Of a stretch of 64,000 nucleotides of DNA, positions 1 through 8,917 are shown in pieces (the stretch's first letter is position 1; each line of letters begins with the position of its first letter). Made by a program: the position numbers and the translations under genes. The notes beneath the pieces were generated by a model. The model was not told where the DNA came from. It ran no database searches and was given only the letters and a program-made list of their open reading frames with translations. The DNA is from Candidatus Aenigmatarchaeota archaeon (GTDB lineage: Archaea > Aenigmatarchaeota > Aenigmatarchaeia > GW2011-AR5): NCBI GenBank assembly GCA_016198685.1, contig JACQID010000004.1, positions 160,001-224,000 of the forward strand, given 5' to 3'.

Positions 1-1
1 T

Positions 2-466
2 ATGGATTTTTATGTTGTAAGTATTCACGCTGTCGTTGTAGAACTCCCTGCGGTCCGCAAGTTCGTTCTCAATTCCGCTTATCCTGTTCTGGAGCTGCAC
101 AAAATTTTCGTTTGCCCTGAGTTTGGGATAATTCTCTGCTACTGCAAAAATCGTCTTCAAGGCATCGGTTATCATGTTGTCAGCTTCGGCTTTCTGTGAC
201 GTGGTTTTGGCCTTCAAGAATTGGGTTCTTGCCTTGGTAAGGTCTATAAGCGTGCTCTTTTCGTGTTTCATATACCCTTTTACAGATTCTATGAGCTTGG
301 GCAATTCATCGCTTCTTTGCTTGAGTAAAACATCTATGTTAGACCGGGATTTCTTTATGTTATTATGCAGTGTGACGAGTGCATTGTATATTGCTATAAT
401 GAACAGAGCGAAACCTATTACAAAGAAGCCTATCACGGCCAAAATTACCATGTCAATGCCCGGCAT
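2..466 (-). CDS. lemA: LemA family protein (3' end runs off the window; not in the ORF track)
   Basis: Manual translation: MPGIDMVILAVIGFFVIGFALFIIAIYNALVTLHNNIKKSRSNIDVLLKQRSDELPKL...AENYPKLRANENFVQLQNRISGIENELADRREFYNDSVNTYN, which has the LemA N-terminal TM, QRxDxxP and ENYPxL motifs. Confidence 0.93.
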   Translation of the reverse strand, partial: MPGIDMVILAVIGFFVIGFALFIIAIYNALVTLHNNIKKSRSNIDVLLKQRSDELPKLIESVKGYMKHEKSTLIDLTKARTQFLKAKTTSQKAEADNMITDALKTIFAVAENYPKLRANENFVQLQNRISGIENELADRREFYNDSVNTYNIKIH

Positions 467-484
467 CCGATTCCCTTTAATCTC

Positions 485-1318
485 TTATAACAGACCGAGA
501 TATAAAAGCGTTATTGCAAGGCCGCCCACAGCCATAATTGCGCCTCCTGCAGTACTTGCCGCGACTTTCCACGCCATAGAAGAAACTACGTCTTTCTCAT
601 GCTTGTCCGAGATATAAAAGAAATTCTCCCCTTTTTGTATCATTATGTCTTCCTCATTCTTCATTCCTCTGCCTTCCTCTATATGCGGGTTGTCTGCGGC
701 AGTTCCCATGATGTAAACCTTGTCGCCGGGAGCTATGAAGTATTCCCGGTACCTCATGGTTGAATTTATCCCGAAGAGCCCTTCAAATCCCAGAGCGCTG
801 GATTTCAAAAATTTCTTGACCCTTGCCGGCGGGTCTTTTCCGAATCCTGAATCGCAATGGTAATCCATGGGAACGTCTACTTCGGCTCCTTTAGGATTAA
901 CAAGAACAGAACCCGTTTCATCCTTGACAAAAAAAGGCACTCCGCTGTCACCATTCTTGACAAGCGCCCAGTAATGGTGCTTGCCGCTTGTCCTGTATTC
1001 TTCGATTGTATACCTATACCAGACGCATTTCCTGCCGGAAAAAGGGCTTTCCATGATATTTTTTTCTGCCGGCAATGCCTTGCCGTGGACTTCAACAGGA
1101 CCCATGGCCATTGACCTTATTTTTGACGTAGGGGTATTTTGTATCATCTGTCTTCTTTTCAGAAGAGTAAACCCGTGGAAGAAAAGCCCGGTTCCTATGA
1201 TGATGCCGCCAACGCCCAGCAACAAAATTCTCCCGTCCCAGTCACTATGCATGACGATGTTGGTACTATACGCAAAAGCCTGTGATTCCTGCATGATATA
1301 TAAGATGCCGCAGGGCAA
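485..1318 (-). CDS. GIDE-domain (E3 ubiquitin ligase-like) membrane protein; true start may be a downstream ATG
   Basis: N- and C-terminal TMs; TPTSKIRSMAMGPVEVHG, SPFSGRKCVWY, PFFVKDETGSVLV and RYREYFIAPGDKVYIMG are typical of GIDE proteins; lies directly upstream of lemA. Confidence 0.75.
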   Translation of the reverse strand: MPCGILYIMQESQAFAYSTNIVMHSDWDGRILLLGVGGIIIGTGLFFHGFTLLKRRQMIQNTPTSKIRSMAMGPVEVHGKALPAEKNIMESPFSGRKCVWYRYTIEEYRTSGKHHYWALVKNGDSGVPFFVKDETGSVLVNPKGAEVDVPMDYHCDSGFGKDPPARVKKFLKSSALGFEGLFGINSTMRYREYFIAPGDKVYIMGTAADNPHIEEGRGMKNEEDIMIQKGENFFYISDKHEKDVVSSMAWKVAASTAGGAIMAVGGLAITLLYLGLL

Positions 1319-1347
1319 TATTAATCTTTGACCGTCCTTTATGATTT

Positions 1348-1806
1348 ATGCTGAAAGTTTTTCTGGCGCTTCTTATTTTCTCCCCGGCGTTTGCCCATCT
1401 TGATGCAGGACAGGACGTTGCAGTAGGTGGCTATCTTGCGGATTTTGGCCATTCTCCTGGCAATATCAGTTCAGGAGAGAGCGGCATATTGGCTTTCAAC
1501 CTTGCGAACGTAACAACCGGAGATGCATTAATACCGCAGAACGTATGGGTGAGGATATCCAAGGGCGATGATGTCACATTTGCAGGCAGTTTTGCGCCGC
1601 ATGGCGGAAGCGTCACGTTTACATACCTTTTTCCGGAAGCCGGCGTATATACCATTAAAGCCCGTTATTTCGGCAACGAAAGCATTCTTGCAGAAGCGGA
1701 TTTTGCAGTGCGAATCGAAGAAAGAGCGTCTGATAATACTTTTACAACTGCATTTTTATTCCTGCTCGGACTTTTTGTTGTAATCTTATATACGGGAAGA
1801 TATTAA
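1348..1806 (+). CDS. Secreted, C-terminally anchored protein with an Ig/PKD-like beta domain
   Basis: Signal peptide, beta-rich core (YLFPEAGVYTIKARY), C-terminal TM. Confidence 0.6.
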   Translation: MLKVFLALLIFSPAFAHLDAGQDVAVGGYLADFGHSPGNISSGESGILAFNLANVTTGDALIPQNVWVRISKGDDVTFAGSFAPHGGSVTFTYLFPEAGVYTIKARYFGNESILAEADFAVRIEERASDNTFTTAFLFLLGLFVVILYTGRY

Positions 1807-1830
1807 TAGTTTTGTACTTACTATAAAGTA

Positions 1831-2091
1831 ATGACTATAAATTTAACAGAAATGCAAGCTTGCCGGGATAAAACTGCGCCGGAAGAGTGCATAAAAAATG
1901 GCGGGCATTATCCAACATACTGGAAAGGCGAGCAACCAGGTTACAGCCCTATACCGCCCATGGATATGTATGATTGTCTTGGATGCCTAACGACCGTAGC
2001 CGTGCCAAGGGGCTTGGATTTGCCCTACGTAGGAATGGTGAGCGATCCGTCTGATCCGCAAATAACGCACTTCGTCTACAAGCTGATTTAG
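1831..2091 (+). CDS. Small Cys/His-containing hypothetical protein
   Basis: 86 aa ORF after an AT-rich spacer, with C..C..H..CxxC. Confidence 0.5.
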   Translation: MTINLTEMQACRDKTAPEECIKNGGHYPTYWKGEQPGYSPIPPMDMYDCLGCLTTVAVPRGLDLPYVGMVSDPSDPQITHFVYKLI

Positions 2092-2233
2092 GCTTTGCGA
2101 AGAAAGCGACGCGTGCATTGTATGACAGCGCATAACCAAATGTTTGCGCGGCACAACTTTCACCATGCGTTTTCTTAATGTAAATGGCATGCATGAAAAA
2201 AACGCTTAAGTCAAAGAAGGCACAATTAGCTAT

Positions 2234-3760
2234 ATGATATTCTTCGCGTCCGCATTTGCAGCAGTTCTATTTTTCGTATCCGTTCTCGGAGCGCTCTTTG
2301 CGGTGCCCATTCTTGCAGGAAATATTTCGTTCTCTCTTGCCGCAATCATTACGCTGGCTTTCATTGTCGCGTTATGCCTGGCAGCTCCGGTCATCCTTGA
2401 CAGAATCTTCGCTCGTTTTTACGGTCTTCAATTCATAAGCCTTTCAGAGCTACGTCTCAGGAGCCCTGCATCAGCGTCGTTCATAGAAGAAGCGTGCAAG
2501 AGGCATTCATGGAAAGTTCCGCGTCTTGCACTCATAAAAGAGCCAAGCCCTAACTCTTTTGTGTACGGTCACGGAATATGGAATGCAAGGCTTGCAGTTA
2601 CAGAAGGCCTATTAAATAACCTCGATGAGAATGAGCGCGTTTCCGTTTATGCGCATGAAATGGGGCATCTGAAGAACAGGGATTTTATACTGATGACGCC
2701 TATGGCAGCCCTGCTTCAACTATTTTTTGAACTCTGCCTGCGTTTCAAATTTCTTGCACTGCCTTTGCAGGGCATACGCATGGTGCTTGAGTTTGCCGTC
2801 CTGCCTCTAAGCCGCGAGAAAGAATATCTTGCTGATGAATATGCATCTCATGAAACGCATCATAACCATCTGGCGATGGCCCTGCTGAAAATATCCTACG
2901 GTATAGCGCACTCCGAAAGCAGGCGCCTTGCCGATTCGGCGAGATACATGGGCATAATGGATGCCCAAAGCGCAGCTTCCGGTGGCATAGCGTATCATAA
3001 TGCAAAGAACTCCCGCAGCTTTGAATCTCTCAAGAGGAGCTTGTCGCACGATTTCACAAACCCTTGGGCGTCATTTGCAGAGCTGGGCCTAGCACATCCG
3101 CTTCTTGGCAAAAGGCTCAAGCGGCTTTCGGGTTTTTTCAAGGATGCGGCACTTGATTTCGATGCAATGGAAACGAATCTGAAAGAAGGAAAGATGCAGC
3201 CCGCTTTTGCCAAAGATATCTTCTCCTTGGCGTTCCCATTTTGCCTTTCAGCCGGCTTTCCTCTCTTATATTTATTGTTGGCATTTGCCGGTATTCCCTT
3301 TCGTCTGGGCGATCTGGCAGGCGGCTGGCTTATAAGTGCAGGGATCGCAAGCGTTCTTTTGACAATGTACAAATACCCTTCTGGAGTGCCGCGTGCAGTA
3401 ACTGCCGCCGAACTCGCGCTTTATCCTAATGCGTCTCCTGTACACGGAAAATTAGTATCCTTAAGGGGCAGATTATTGGATGGAATTATCGCCATAGGAA
3501 ACGTTTTTCAGGATAAAACAGGCTTTCTTCGCGTTGATTACAAAAGCAATATGCCTAGCTTCCTAGGACCTTCGTGCAAGGAACTTGCAGGCAAATATGC
3601 TAAGGTCACAGGCTGGTTTACTCATGACACCTGCGGAACGCTAATAGTCGATACAGTTGAATCCCCGGAAGGCAAGGCGAACAGTTTCGTAAAATCAGCA
3701 TGCCTAATGGAAGCTGCAGTGCTAATGATTGCCGGAATAATTGTTTTTCTAATTCACTGA
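2234..3760 (+). CDS. HtpX-like M48 zinc metalloprotease with extra C-terminal TM/OB-like domains
   Basis: PNSFVYG, HEMGH zinc motif, SREKEYLADEYA, HPLLGKRL. Confidence 0.85.
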   Translation: MIFFASAFAAVLFFVSVLGALFAVPILAGNISFSLAAIITLAFIVALCLAAPVILDRIFARFYGLQFISLSELRLRSPASASFIEEACKRHSWKVPRLALIKEPSPNSFVYGHGIWNARLAVTEGLLNNLDENERVSVYAHEMGHLKNRDFILMTPMAALLQLFFELCLRFKFLALPLQGIRMVLEFAVLPLSREKEYLADEYASHETHHNHLAMALLKISYGIAHSESRRLADSARYMGIMDAQSAASGGIAYHNAKNSRSFESLKRSLSHDFTNPWASFAELGLAHPLLGKRLKRLSGFFKDAALDFDAMETNLKEGKMQPAFAKDIFSLAFPFCLSAGFPLLYLLLAFAGIPFRLGDLAGGWLISAGIASVLLTMYKYPSGVPRAVTAAELALYPNASPVHGKLVSLRGRLLDGIIAIGNVFQDKTGFLRVDYKSNMPSFLGPSCKELAGKYAKVTGWFTHDTCGTLIVDTVESPEGKANSFVKSACLMEAAVLMIAGIIVFLIH

Positions 3761-3766
3761 GAAGGC

Positions 3767-5611
3767 TTATTTACCTTCCTTCTTGAATTCGCCGTCAACT
3801 ATGTTTTCGTCTTTGTTGTTTTGCGTTTTTTCTTCTGTTGTGCTCTGTGGCGCGCCACTCTGCGCCTGCTGATAAATCGAGGCTCCTGCTTCCTGCACTA
3901 CTTTCTGGAGCTTTTCCATCTCCTGTTTTATCGCTGCCGTGTCCCTGCCGTTCATGGCATCCTTGGTAGACTTGAGCGCTGCTTCCATCTTCGTTTTCTG
4001 CTCGCTTGCCAGCTTGTCCGATAGTTCCGAAAGCGTCTTCTCGGCCATGTATATCATGGAATCTGCGTTGTTTCTTACTTCAATTTCTTCCTTTTTTCTT
4101 TTATCCTCTTCCTCATGCTCTTTTGCCGACTTGACCATCCTCTCAATTTCTTTATCATTGAGTTTTGTTGAAGATGTTATGGTCATCTTCTGCTCTTTTT
4201 GGGTTCCAAGGTCCTTTGCAGACACGTTCAGTATGCCAGAAGCATCTATGTCAAACGTGACTTCTATTTGCGGCACGCCACGAGGTGCAGGCGGTAATCC
4301 TACAAGGTTGAACTGCCCCAAACTTGTGTTGTCCGAAGCAAGCGGTCTTTCGCCCTGCAATACGTGTATCGTGACAGCGGTCTGGCTGTCGGCGGCTGTT
4401 GAAAATACCTGGCTTTTCTTTGTCGGAATTGTTGTGTTTCTGTCAATGAGCGGCGTCATCACGCCGCCGAGAGTTTCAATGCCAAGAGTGAGCGGCGTCA
4501 CGTCAAGCAGTACCATATCCTTGACGTCGCCTGCGAGTATGCCTCCTTGTATTGCAGCGCCCATGGCTACGCATTCCATCGGGTCTATCGTTCTTTCGAC
4601 TTTCTTGCCCACTTTTTCTTCCAGGAATTTCTGGATTACGGGCATTCGTGTAGGTCCGCCTACTAGAACGATCTTCGAGATATCAGAAGGCGAGAGCTTT
4701 GCATCGCTAAGCGCCTGATCCACCGGGTGCGCGCATCTGTCTATAATAGGCTGTATAAGCTGCTCGAGTTTTGCTCTGGATATCTTGAGGGAAAGGTGCT
4801 TGGGTCCGTTGGCATCCGCCGTTACATAAGGCAGGTTTATTTCCGTTTCAAGAGTAGTTGAAAGCTCTATCTTTGCTTTCTCACCAGCCTCGCGCACACG
4901 CTGCATGGCCATCTTGTCCTTTTTCAGGTCAGATCCTTCCTGTTTCTTGAATTCCTCGCATATCCAATCTATAATGGCGGTATCCATGTCAGTCCCGCCT
5001 AGGCTCGTGTCGCCTGATGTTGAAAGCACGTTGAATGTTCCGTCGCCGAATTCCATTATCGTGACGTCAAGTGTGCCCCCACCAAGGTCAAAAACTAGTA
5101 TCTTGTGTTCTCCTTCCTTGTCAAGGCCATAGGCCATGCTTGCCGCCGTAGGCTCGTTGACAAGCCTGACAACATCAAGGCCTGCTATTTTTCCGGCATC
5201 CTTGGTTGCTGTACGTTGGTTATCGTTAAAGTATGCTGGTACTGTTATGACTACTTTTGTCACCTTTTCTCCCAGAAATGCTTCGGCATCCGCCTTGATT
5301 TTCTGGAGTATGAATGCTGAAATCTGCTGCGGCGTATATTCCTTGCCATTGATGCTATACCTATGGTCTGTGCCCATCTTTCTTTTTGCAGTGAATACCG
5401 TGCCTTCAGGATTGGAGACAGCCTGCCTTCTTGCAGGTTCCCCTACAAGCAATTGACTGTCTTTAGCGAATGCCACTACAGACGGAAACATTTTCCCAGC
5501 AACTGTTGCGCCCTCTGCTGAGGGAATGATCGTGGGTTTGCCCCCCATCATTACAGCAGCCTGTGAGTTTGATGTTCCCAAATCTATGCCTATTATTCTT
5601 TCTTTAGCCAT
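3767..5611 (-). CDS. dnaK: Chaperone DnaK (Hsp70)
   Basis: [38 protein letters not shown]; GGTGA SD before ATG 5611. Confidence 0.99.
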   Translation of the reverse strand: MAKERIIGIDLGTSNSQAAVMMGGKPTIIPSAEGATVAGKMFPSVVAFAKDSQLLVGEPARRQAVSNPEGTVFTAKRKMGTDHRYSINGKEYTPQQISAFILQKIKADAEAFLGEKVTKVVITVPAYFNDNQRTATKDAGKIAGLDVVRLVNEPTAASMAYGLDKEGEHKILVFDLGGGTLDVTIMEFGDGTFNVLSTSGDTSLGGTDMDTAIIDWICEEFKKQEGSDLKKDKMAMQRVREAGEKAKIELSTTLETEINLPYVTADANGPKHLSLKISRAKLEQLIQPIIDRCAHPVDQALSDAKLSPSDISKIVLVGGPTRMPVIQKFLEEKVGKKVERTIDPMECVAMGAAIQGGILAGDVKDMVLLDVTPLTLGIETLGGVMTPLIDRNTTIPTKKSQVFSTAADSQTAVTIHVLQGERPLASDNTSLGQFNLVGLPPAPRGVPQIEVTFDIDASGILNVSAKDLGTQKEQKMTITSSTKLNDKEIERMVKSAKEHEEEDKRKKEEIEVRNNADSMIYMAEKTLSELSDKLASEQKTKMEAALKSTKDAMNGRDTAAIKQEMEKLQKVVQEAGASIYQQAQSGAPQSTTEEKTQNNKDENIVDGEFKKEGK

Positions 5612-6077
5612 TGATATCACCTTTCATCGAAATTTTTACCTTAGAGGTTCTCAGAACCTTTCCATTGAGCATATAGCCCTTCTGAAATTCTTCGAGTATT
5701 ACCCCGTCTTCGTCGCCTTTTTCACTGACCAGCGCCTCATGATGAGCGGGATTGAAACGCCTGCCTTGGGTATCTATTGCAATAAGCCCATGTTTTTCGA
5801 GAACGCTTAAAAGTTTTTTGTGAAGGGCTTCAGCACCCTGTCCGGCTTTGGCTGCGGCATCAAATGCGTCAAGAACCGGCAGCATGGAAAACATCAATTC
5901 CTCGTTTGCCAGCGCTATTATCGCTTTTCTCTCTTTCTCAAAATGCTTCCTGTAATTGTCAAAATCTGCCTGGAGGTATTTTATCTGCGACAGTCGCTCC
6001 TCTGCGAGCTTTTTCATTTCCGTAAATTCATCATTCTTTTCAGATGGCTGTTCGACTTCAGTTTTCGGTTCGTCCAT
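5604..6077 (-). CDS. grpE: Nucleotide exchange factor GrpE
   Basis: [33 protein letters not shown]; overlaps the dnaK start. Confidence 0.96.
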   Translation of the reverse strand: MDEPKTEVEQPSEKNDEFTEMKKLAEERLSQIKYLQADFDNYRKHFEKERKAIIALANEELMFSMLPVLDAFDAAAKAGQGAEALHKKLLSVLEKHGLIAIDTQGRRFNPAHHEALVSEKGDEDGVILEEFQKGYMLNGKVLRTSKVKISMKGDING

Positions 6078-6115
6078 CTGTAACAATCTTTCAAAAATTA
6101 TAAAAAGAAACAGAA

Positions 6116-6541
6116 CTACTTTATTTCAACGGTATTCTGTTCGTCTTTTTTTGGCGTTTTCGCCTTTTGGCATGGGTTACTTTGAGTACGCCGTTTGTAG
6201 GTAGCTTGAACTTGGTTAGGGATGATTCTGGAAGGAAGCCCAATTGCCCTGTAAAACGTTCTATAGATTCTTTCCTCCCTTATCACATCCTCATCTTCCA
6301 CGCTTACGTCATCCCTCTTTTCTACCATTACCTCGAGCCTTCTATCCGTAACTGTGAGCTGTATGGCTTCTTTTTCAACTCCATGCAGTTCTATCATATT
6401 TTCGTTTGTTTCTTTCAAGTTTGTGAGCGATTCGCGAATGTCTATATATTCATCACTTAGATTAGGCAGCAGCCTGTAAGAACCTAACATTCTGTTCATC
6501 TCCGGCTGCATCCTGCGGATTTCCCCCACAATGTCTCTCAT
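6116..6541 (-). CDS. hsp20: Small heat-shock protein Hsp20 (locally frameshifted near the C-terminus)
   Basis: ELxGVEKE, EERIYRTFYRAIGLP, C-terminal VEI motif; the NGVLKVT strand is present but out of frame; GGAGGTG SD before ATG 6541. Confidence 0.85.
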   Translation of the reverse strand: MRDIVGEIRRMQPEMNRMLGSYRLLPNLSDEYIDIRESLTNLKETNENMIELHGVEKEAIQLTVTDRRLEVMVEKRDDVSVEDEDVIREERIYRTFYRAIGLPSRIIPNQVQATYKRRTQSNPCQKAKTPKKDEQNTVEIK

Positions 6542-6582
6542 GGCAGCCACCTCCGGTTCAATAGAACAAAATCTTGAATTGT

Positions 6583-6610
6583 TTTAATAACACATTAAAG
6601 TATTTAAATA
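6583..6610. promoter_or_regulatory. Divergent promoter/operator between hsp20-grpE-dnaK and an HTH regulator
   Basis: TTTAAT-N5-ATTAAA inverted repeat at 6583-6599 followed by the palindrome TATTTAAATA at 6601-6610. Confidence 0.5.
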
Positions 6611-6630
6611 TGGGTATATATTATTTGGAA

Positions 6631-7038
6631 ATGCAAGAGATTATTGTAAGACGATTATGGGCTCCGCTTCGGTCGGAAGAAGATATGGAATGGTTTTGTC
6701 GTTCTTTGGGGCTTTTAGGCAAACGAGACAGGGGCAAGACCGGAATGAGGATTTTTCTGTTATTAGCCTATGCTGCCAGGGAAAACCAGACAATGGATAT
6801 TGATAAGCTAGCAGAAAAAATGAACATGACCCGCACCGCAATTATCCATCATATCAAAGCCATGGAAGCTAAGGGTCTTGTTGAAAGGAGAAATGGCAAA
6901 GTTGGATTGCGCGCCTACAATTTCGAGAGCATCGTTAATGAGATAAGAAAAGATATGCTTCGCACAATAGAATCCATCCGGGAAATAGCTGAAGAGATGG
7001 ATCGGAAGATGAATATGCCTGTACGAAAGAAAGACTAA
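6631..7038 (+). CDS. ArsR/TrmB-like winged-HTH transcriptional regulator
   Basis: DKLAEKMNMTRTAIIHHIKAMEAKGLVERR. Confidence 0.85.
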   Translation: MQEIIVRRLWAPLRSEEDMEWFCRSLGLLGKRDRGKTGMRIFLLLAYAARENQTMDIDKLAEKMNMTRTAIIHHIKAMEAKGLVERRNGKVGLRAYNFESIVNEIRKDMLRTIESIREIAEEMDRKMNMPVRKKD

Positions 7039-7106
7039 TTATTTATTCGACTTGATAGTATGATTATACAACCGGTGAGACTCTGAATATTACAATTTAC
7101 GATTAC

Positions 7107-7823
7107 ATGATAGTTGCACTTTCTGCGCTTGCCGCTTTTAGTATATATACAAGTGGGATTTCAACAATTACGCATTTTGCCATAATAATAGGAATTGCAA
7201 CCGCCCTTGATATATTCATAAACTATTTTCTATACAAAGAAAAACCAATGCCTAAAAGCGCGATAATAACAGGATTCATAATTGCCCTGATACTTGCGCC
7301 ATCTTCAGCATTATGGGCGCAAGTTGGCATCCCGCTATTCGCCATAGCTTCAAAACATATCATAAAATGGAAAAAAGTGAATGTTTTTAATCCTGCCGCC
7401 CTTGCATTGCTTATAGGAGGTTTTGTAGGTGCCCTGCCTTCATGGTGGGCAGTGTCTCCTCTCGTATGGCCGCTTGGCATTTTCATAAGCTGGAAGATGC
7501 GAAAACTCGAAATTTCACTTTCGTTTCTTGCCGCTTATTTCATTCTTTTCACAGCTCTTGGCAGGATAGATCCTGGAATGGAAGTTATGGGCTCTGCCGC
7601 GATGTTTCTTGCGTTCTTCATGGCCACTGAACCGAAAACAACCCCTTCATCAGGGAACGGAAAAATTATTTTTGGAATTCTATTGGCAATACTAAGCTTA
7701 GGTATTGCGATGGTTGTGCCGGCAGTTGATTTTCTGCTGGGAGCGCTTCTTATATCTAATATTTTCAAGAACCATTTGAATGCTGTAAAATTTGCGTTCT
7801 TTGGGAATAAGCTATTTTTATAG
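7107..7823 (+). CDS. Orphan RnfD/NqrB-family membrane protein
   Basis: SAIITGFIIALIL, IASKHII, NVFNPAAL, FFMATEPKTTP; no other rnf/nqr genes nearby. Confidence 0.8.
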   Translation: MIVALSALAAFSIYTSGISTITHFAIIIGIATALDIFINYFLYKEKPMPKSAIITGFIIALILAPSSALWAQVGIPLFAIASKHIIKWKKVNVFNPAALALLIGGFVGALPSWWAVSPLVWPLGIFISWKMRKLEISLSFLAAYFILFTALGRIDPGMEVMGSAAMFLAFFMATEPKTTPSSGNGKIIFGILLAILSLGIAMVVPAVDFLLGALLISNIFKNHLNAVKFAFFGNKLFL

Positions 7824-7912
7824 AATACCGTTTCTTCATATTCCGCTATATGCCTGTAAGATTGCATCTTTGTTCGTCTATTATTTCTGAAAAGAACGCC
7901 CGACGGTACATT

Positions 7913-8179
7913 TTACCTATCCGTTTGACAGAACCCAGAGATGCATGGTATCATCGCCTTCTTTCTCGCCCTGCTCATGGATTTTATTTCTATTTCCCTT
8001 CGCATGGCCTCGCTTTTTGTTGCATATTCTTCGCTGTAAATCAGAAGAAACGGCAGCCTAGACCTTACGTATTTTGATCCTTTGCCGTTTTGATGCGCTT
8101 CAAGGCGCTTCTTTAGATCCTTGGCGATGCCAGTATACAAAGAGCCGTCGCTGCATTCAAGGATGTAGAGATGATACAT
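7913..8179 (-). CDS. GIY-YIG nuclease (UPF0213 type)
   Basis: YHLYILECSDGSLYTGIAKDLKKRLEAHQNGKGSKY, AMRREIEIK. Confidence 0.93.
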   Translation of the reverse strand: MYHLYILECSDGSLYTGIAKDLKKRLEAHQNGKGSKYVRSRLPFLLIYSEEYATKSEAMRREIEIKSMSRARKKAMIPCISGFCQTDR

Positions 8180-8256
8180 TTTGCTATAGGCACATGGATA
8201 AATTTATAGTATCTATGATCGGAAAAGCTATTTATGTTCTCCGTTTAAATGAAAAT

Positions 8257-8517
8257 ATGCCTATTGAATATCGGATCGTAGATTTGCGGGATATACAAGG
8301 TCGCGGCGGAGTTAAACCCGTTGAAGCATATTTACCAATGCCGCCCCATCATGATTTGCCATTTGTCAGGGTAAAATATATGGTTAATGGCACGCAGATG
8401 CTCAATGTATTCGACCGTGATAAACGCGTAAATTTTATGCACGATCAGGGAGAGCCATGGTATAACGATCTAAAGGAATTATTGCCCGATATATTGGAAC
8501 GTACAGATAGAAAATAA
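8257..8517 (+). CDS. Hypothetical protein
   Basis: ORF from ATG 8257 after an AT-rich promoter-like spacer; no motif recognised. Confidence 0.5.
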   Translation: MPIEYRIVDLRDIQGRGGVKPVEAYLPMPPHHDLPFVRVKYMVNGTQMLNVFDRDKRVNFMHDQGEPWYNDLKELLPDILERTDRK

Positions 8518-8592
8518 TGACGTAATGGATCATCTGCATACAAAGTTAATGATGATTCATGAACATTCGCAATCCACTGGATATTGCTTCTC

Positions 8593-8907
8593 CTACAACT
8601 CGGAAAACGCTTCAGCGTTATATGTCCATAGTTTGCACATGCGTCTTCCGCGAACAGGACCCCTTTGTATTTCATAAATGTTGGATGTAAAATCGCGTAT
8701 GTCGGTACCTGCTTGGAAAAATAGAGAGAATTTGCCGTGAAGTATTGCGTTTACGCGTGCTGTGTCATAAAGAGGACCGTAGTAGGATCGTAAATGATCC
8801 CTTATTTCAGGGACAGTTGCATATCCACCTTTTGTGTTTATTGCTTCTTTTATTCTCCCCCATACGAGAGGATTGCTTAAATCATCAGCTTTATATTTCA
8901 TCATCAA
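8593..8907 (-). CDS. Hypothetical protein, possibly wHTH-like
   Basis: ORF just downstream of EF-2 on the same strand. Confidence 0.5.
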   Translation of the reverse strand: MMMKYKADDLSNPLVWGRIKEAINTKGGYATVPEIRDHLRSYYGPLYDTARVNAILHGKFSLFFQAGTDIRDFTSNIYEIQRGPVRGRRMCKLWTYNAEAFSEL

Positions 8908-8917
8908 GTGATGTCAA

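Noticed and set aside
1949-2194. Minus-strand ORFs with a 'CAA..FG' segment faintly like eL37
   Set aside because: Lack the CxxC pairs and basic pattern of eL37, and overlap the plus-strand ORF
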